64,000 nt of DNA from Octopus sinensis (lineage: Eukaryota), in NCBI RefSeq assembly GCF_006345805.1, contig NC_043010.1, forward strand, positions 67,270,001 to 67,334,000. Reading direction: 5' to 3'. Within the stretch, counting starts at the first letter, position 1; every line of letters starts with the position of its first letter. The translations under genes and the position numbers were made by a program. The notes under the pieces are model-generated. The model ran no database searches. It was not told the DNA's origin and worked only from the letters and a program-made list of their open reading frames with translations. Of this stretch, positions 58,113 through 64,000 are shown in pieces.

Positions 58113-59169
58113 TATGTTGAGGACTATATTATATACACTGTGTCCATTCCCTTAACCCTTTGCTTGTCCGATGTATCCATGAGATACACATTCCAAACTT
58201 TTTTTCAACTGCCTGAGAAACTTGGGACTTACGAAAGGAAAGCTTTATATCACTCAGAATGTATGAAAGAAGGGTTAACTAAAAGTCTGAAAACAAACAG
58301 GGGCGTTTAGGAGAAACCGATGAAAATTCTTTGGGCTGAAAACGGGTTTAGACGACGATGTGATTTGAGGGAGATTTCGATACTATTTCTAGCAGGTCCA
58401 ACGACCACGTTAGAACGTTTTTACGTGAATTATAATCCAACAATATATAATATACAAATGTATATATTTATGCTAAATAAACTCTGTATTTATATCTGTT
58501 ATGGGATCATGATCCTCAAAACCAACGCTGTATTCTCCACTATATGGTCTGTATATTTAAAAAATTTTTAAGCAGTATAAGTTGTGGGCAATCATAGATC
58601 ATGTTGCAGTTTCCAGTCACAGAATTAAATCCCATCACTTATGACCTTTGGAAAAGAATGCAACATATCCACGTTCTTTTTGCTTTATTCCTAGAATTAT
58701 AAGGGTGCTTCTATTTGACCAACGCTAAATCAAATCCATGACAGATTTTTAGGAAAAGCTAACAGCTTGTAGACATGCAGGGGTTGCCTCCCTTTAATGC
58801 TTAATTTTCTTTTTCTTATTTTTTTTTCTGTCCACTGAAATGATAGCGTTAGGTTTTTAACAACGTGTGGCTGTTTTATTTATTCAGTTACAATGATGTT
58901 AGATCCTGGTGAGACCAATTTCACGACTCGGTTACGAGTATCGGTCGAAGCCAATTCAATAATCATGGCTCTAGTTTTCCTTGAGAAAGACACACAAATG
59001 CCATGAAATCCCATTCTCCTCACCTATTTTCAACGATATGACCTTATGCTTAAGGAAGGAACTAGTTATTTTATATACAACCTATATTTTGGAAGTAAAC
59101 TCTAGCTATTCCAGACATATTTTGTTGCTCCAGAACTATTCTCTGGCCATAAGGCCCTTCTCTAACTAT

Positions 59170-59537
59170 TCTTTTACTCTTTTACTTGTTTCAGTCATTT
59201 TACTGCGGCCATGCTGGAGCACCGCCTTTAGTCGAGCAAATCGACCCTAGGACTTATACTTTGTAAGCCTAGTACTTATTCTTTCGGTCTCATTTGCCAA
59301 ACCGCTAAGCATCGGTTGTCAATCGATGCTGGGGGGACAAACACACAAATATGTACACACGCATACATATATATATATGACAGGCTTCTTTCAGTTTCCG
59401 TCTACCAAATCCACTCACAAGGCTTTGGTCGGCCCGAGGCTATAGTAAAAGACACTTTCCCAAGGTGCCATGCAGTGGGACTGAACCCGGAACCATGTGG
59501 TTGGTAAGCAAGCTACTTACCACACAGCCACTCCTAC
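59170..59537 (-). mobile_element. SINE family A
   Basis: Near full-length copy with a small internal deletion. Confidence 0.85.
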
Positions 59538-60685
59538 AGCTATAAAGATATGATGGACTTCTTTCAGTTTATTACATTCACTCACAAGGCTTTGGTTGAT
59601 TAGGGCTTATAGTAGAAGACTCATCCCCAAGGTGCTATACAGTGGGCCTGTGTGTGTGTGTGTGTCCGTGTGTCCACCATTTGAACAACCAGTGTTGATT
59701 TGTTTACATCCTTGTAACTTAGCAGGTCACCAAAAGAGATCAACAGAAGAAGTACCAGACTTAAAAATAAGTGCTGGGGTTGATTTGTTCAGCTAAACCC
59801 TTCAAAGCAATGCCCCAGCTTGGCAGCAGTCCATTGACTGAAACAAAAAAATTAAAATAAAAGATAAAAAAATGAAGACAAAATAGACCATAATACCCCC
59901 CTCTCCTAACCCCAACAATAAATCTGATATTTGATACCTTTATTTAAATATGAAACGACTTAAAAACAAAAAGAAAATTGTTTTTTAAATGTAAAGGTTT
60001 TGGTATTTAATTTCATGTTTCATAAAGAAGTTAATAAAAATAAAATTATGAGAGCTTTATTTTTTTCTTTTTCTAATTTTTTTTTTATTTGTCTGAAGCT
60101 TAGGCAATGTTCAGCCTCTCAGCCTAGTCACCAGCCACATCTGTCACGACGTAGCGGCAACATTTCGGTAACATTATATGTCTCAGAGCTTTTGTATCTG
60201 GAGCAATGGTTATTATGTAGTCGGATGTCATTCAAAATACCAAGGAGTCAGTATTTTAAAAAAATAACTTACCACTCCTTCTTTCCTTTATTTATTTCCT
60301 CTAGGGGCTTTGAAATGACCTCAGATGTATGGAGAAGAAATATTTGGGATTTTTTTTTTCCTTTCAGTAAAACTTGTAAATTAGAGCCTATTTATCCTCA
60401 TCAAATTCTTGTTGTGGATTATCCATTTATTCTCTTAACCCTTTTGATACCAACCCACCTGAGACCTTCCCTAGATCTGTGATACAAACTCCCTTTTTTA
60501 ACCCTTTAGATTTTTCTGTCAAATGTAATGCTTATTTATTCACATTGTTTTGAATTAATCATGCATCATCTCGTATCTTTGAGATTCTGATGGTGTGATT
60601 GTTAATTTTTCAAATGACATTGTAAGGTAGGTGTAAGAGGCCTAATCTGGCAGGTTTCAGCAGAACCCAAGTAGAATATTTGAGC

Positions 60686-61075
60686 CAGAAATGTTAGCGC
60701 GCCGGGTGAAATGCTTAGCAGTATTTCATCTGCTGCTACATTCTGAGTTCAAATACCGCTGAGGTCAACTTTGCCTTTCATCCTTTCGGGGCTGATAAAT
60801 TAAGTACCAGTTATGCACTGGGGTTGATGTAATCAACTTAATCTGTTTGTCTTTCCTTGTTTGTCCCCTCTGTGTTTAGCCCCTTGTGGGTACTAAAGAA
60901 ATAGGTATTTTGTCTGTCTATGTTCTGAGTTCAAATTCCGCTGAGGTTGACTTTGCCTTTCATCCTTTTGGGGTTGATAAATTAAGTACCTGTTGTGTAC
61001 TGGGGTCAATCTAATCAACTACCCCCGCCTCTTCCCAAAAATTTCAGGCCTTGTGCCTAGAGTAGGAAAGAAATG
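60686..61075 (+). mobile_element. SINE family B, dimeric form
   Basis: Two ttctgagttcaaat...gactttgcctttcatcc modules; end aatttcaggccttgtgcctagagtagg. Confidence 0.8.
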
Positions 61076-61314
61076 TAATACTTATTTATTCACATTGTTT
61101 TGAATTGATAATACGTTATTTTGTAGCTTCAAGATTTTGATGAGGTGATTGCTTACATTCTATAATGATTTTGTAGAATAATTGTAGGAGGCCTGATGTG
61201 GCTGGTTTGAGCACAAAACAGGTAGAATATTTAGGCAGGACTTAGCCAGTTGAAATACTGAAGGGTTAAAGTGATCTAAGTTCAAATTTCCATCAAAATT
61301 TTATACTCTTTCTC

Positions 61315-61620
61315 TTTCTCGTTTACTTGTTTCAGTCATTTGACTGTGGCCATGGTGGAGCACCGCTTTTAGTCAAGCAAATCGACCCCAGGACTTATTC
61401 TTTGTAAGCCTTTTGCGTGACTGCTAAGCTACAGGGACGTAAACACACCAGCATTGTTTGTCAAGTGATGTTGGGGGGACAAACACAGACACACAAACAC
61501 GCACACACACACACACACATACATATACATATATACGATGGGCTTTTTTCAGTTTCTGTCTACCAAATCCACTCACAAGGCTTTGGTCGGCCGGAGGCTA
61601 TAGTAGAAGATATTTGCCCA
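61315..61620 (-). mobile_element. SINE family A lacking its head
   Basis: ttacttgtttcagtcatttgactg...gaagatatttgccca. Confidence 0.8.
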
Positions 61621-62095
61621 ACTTGACTGTTGTTTTTTCATACAGTTGATGACCCTGGATAAATTTTCCTCTCAGTCAATCTCATTATTTTTGATGTCTA
61701 CTCATGTACATCAGTATATTTATGTTCTTATCACGAATCTGACAAGTGTGGTGAAAGCTATACTTAACTGAAGAGATTTAATAAGACTGAAACACACCTG
61801 AAGTTGTCAACCATACTTGCCAAGATCAGATTATATTGTTAGTCAGCTTCAGCAGAGTTTGAACCCAGATGGATGAAATACCAGTAAGCATTTCGTCCAG
61901 TGTGCTAATGATTCTGCCAGCTCGCTGCCTGTTTAAAAACCATCCCACTAGCAGTTAGTGAGAACACCAGATGTATTTCTCCTTCATTGTACCTTATCAA
62001 TAGCATGTACTCACGGCCAAATGCATGCTTGCATGAAATTTGTTTGCCACGGATGTGTAGGAAAACAGTGAAAACAATCACCGGTGTCGTGAATA

Positions 62096-62098
62096 GTT

Positions 62099-62129
<31 letters not shown>

Positions 62130-62575
62130 AATTATTGTATACAGTGCTCAGGTGCACCACAACTTGTCAGAAAGTGCATATAAAGTACATGCAGTAATGT
62201 AGAAATGTCTGGAAAGTGAACATGCTTGTGTGTGTATGGAGGGGAGAAAATCAAGTGTAGTGTTGGCGAATCTCAGGAAGCATGGAAGTCTTGAAGGATG
62301 CAGTGCTCCGACAACTAACAACCGATGCCGGCAGTTTGTTCCACGCTTCAGCAACTCTCAGCGTGAAAAAATGTTTCCTAAAGTCATGGGAGCTGTGCTG
62401 TTTTCTTACTTTGTAAATATGTTCACGGGTGTTAGATGGGTGGAGTTTGAAGAGGTGCTCAGTGTTATTGTTTGTGCGATGGTTGATAATTTTATGGGTG
62501 TCTGCCAGGTCAGCTGCCAGACGTCGGAGTTTCAATGTGTCCAGTTATTATATAATTCATGCAAAGTGACAGTTT
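62096..62575 (-). mobile_element. CR1-clade LINE 3' end
   Basis: LDTLKLRRLAADL..THKII...LFKLH..NTR.H.YKV...RKHFFTLRV..AWNKLPASVV.C.S..SFK; 3' UTR and (TTA)n tail. Confidence 0.85.
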
Positions 62576-63105
62576 CTGTGACAGATCAATAAATATCTGT
62601 TTCTCATTTCAGAAAAGTTCCACTGAAGATTCACACCTCCATACCCCTGACACAGCTACAGTCTCTCTTCAGAATGTCTTCCACACCAAGTTCCTCCAAA
62701 AGCCAGCAACAACAACTCTTACATCAATCAGAAAATCATTACATTTACAGAGCCTAAGAAGCATCAACAAATTTCCACCTTTTACCTGTGTTTATTGCAA
62801 TAAGAATATATTCGCTTCCATAAGTGTTTTGTCTTGCTGTTACTTCAAACTCTTCTTGCTAGAGTTTACCGCAGTCATTTCCTTTGAGTTGTGTATCCCC
62901 TGATGATCTTCTTCCCCACTTTGTCCCCAGCAACACATCATCTCTTGTCATATCAGTGCATTCTATGGTTATTTAGTCACATTCACTTAATTACTACCCT
63001 CAGCTCTTGTTCTAACCTCTTCCAGTAGTTCATTTTTACTCCTCCAGCTTCCTCCGTCTTGAGATATTTGTTACAAGCTATCAACCACTTCTCACTCAAA
63101 GTTAC

Positions 63106-63289
63106 CTTGGAATGGGGGTGAAACTCCTGTAACCCCACCAAAAATGTTGTAACCCCAATATACCCTCCACCAGAAATGTTAGGAATGATATATATTTTAT
63201 TGGTCATTGATGTATGTAAGTGATGCCAACTTGAAGAAGTTAGGTTTGACCTGTGATCCATGCTGACATAAATATAATTTCCTGCTGAA
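63106..63289 (-). other. Candidate internal exon of an unidentified gene
   Basis: Polypyrimidine acceptor ttttctacttttatttctgtggcag|, donor ccaag|gtaact, one open frame (NYIYVSMDHR...ISGGGYIGVTTFLVGLQEFHPHSK); no recognised homologue. Confidence 0.3.
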
Positions 63290-64000
63290 CTGCCACAGAA
63301 ATAAAAGTAGAAAATTAAAAATAAACAACCAGATTAATCAAGAAGATAAAAACAACAAAAGACAATGCATTAAATTTCATTTTCAAATTATCAGTTATCA
63401 TCATTATCGTCATCAGCATCTCCATCATCAACAAAATCCTTACTTTTCATTGTCATCACAGACCTGTACTGTGATTTATATTAGTAAATCTTTCAAAACA
63501 CTCATTGCCAAACATCAAAACACTCACCCACTCAGTGAGAAGGTGGAGATAAAGAACAGGAAATCTTGATTGCTTAAACCAGTGTTGTTGTAGGTGACTG
63601 ATTGATAACAATCCTTAGATTCTCATACATATATATATATATATGTCAGCAGTATTTGAAAAATCAGGGTAGACCTTGGATATTACTTTCATGACCGTTG
63701 TTACGATGATGATTCAAATATTGGAGGAATAACATAAGTAAGCAGAACAGATTCAATACCTTCGCATTCCACTATTGTGGTGTGTTTCCAGACTATTCCA
63801 TTGTTTAAGAAACAAATTGTGGCATCATATCAAATAGATATAAAAAAAAAAGAAAGAAGATGGTTAAGACCAATCATAGTAATATTTGTTAAATCTTGCT
63901 CTCTAAAACACACTTCTAAAACTTGCCTGAGTGTAACACCTATTCAAAAATCACACACTTACAGTTTTTTTTTTTTTTTTTTTTGACATTTTAAAAATCA

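Noticed and set aside
62559-62903. ORF with an upstream tttcag acceptor
   Set aside because: No recognisable domain and no clear donor; cannot be supported as an exon.

Overview
Repeat-saturated, AT-rich animal genomic DNA, most likely an octopus (inferred from the SINE families and extreme microsatellite load, not from a search). Only one protein-coding gene is well supported: an intronless 689-aa orthologue of the spliceosomal protein IK/RED (46928-48997, minus strand). Almost all other ORFs in the track are translations of microsatellites ((TA)n, (GAT)n, (GATA)n, (GGT)n) or of SINEs. The rest is a mosaic of tRNA-derived SINEs (labelled A-E here), RTE, CR1/L2, Tx1/L1 and Penelope-like retroelement remnants, a decayed DD37D (maT) transposon, hAT-, piggyBac- and Merlin-like MITEs, Helitron/Helentron-like elements and a 39-bp minisatellite. 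The most notable observations are: a hammerhead-ribozyme motif linked to a tRNA-like Pol III head and Penelope sequence; a Tx1-like LINE found five times, always inside (GATA)n; a ~440-bp near-perfect palindrome next to (TA)n; a 35-bp RNA-type hairpin; and the intronless IK gene. Single-base indel noise and near-identical duplications at 28-35 kb could partly be long-read assembly artefacts. Repeat boundaries were read by eye and are approximate unless a TSD is quoted.
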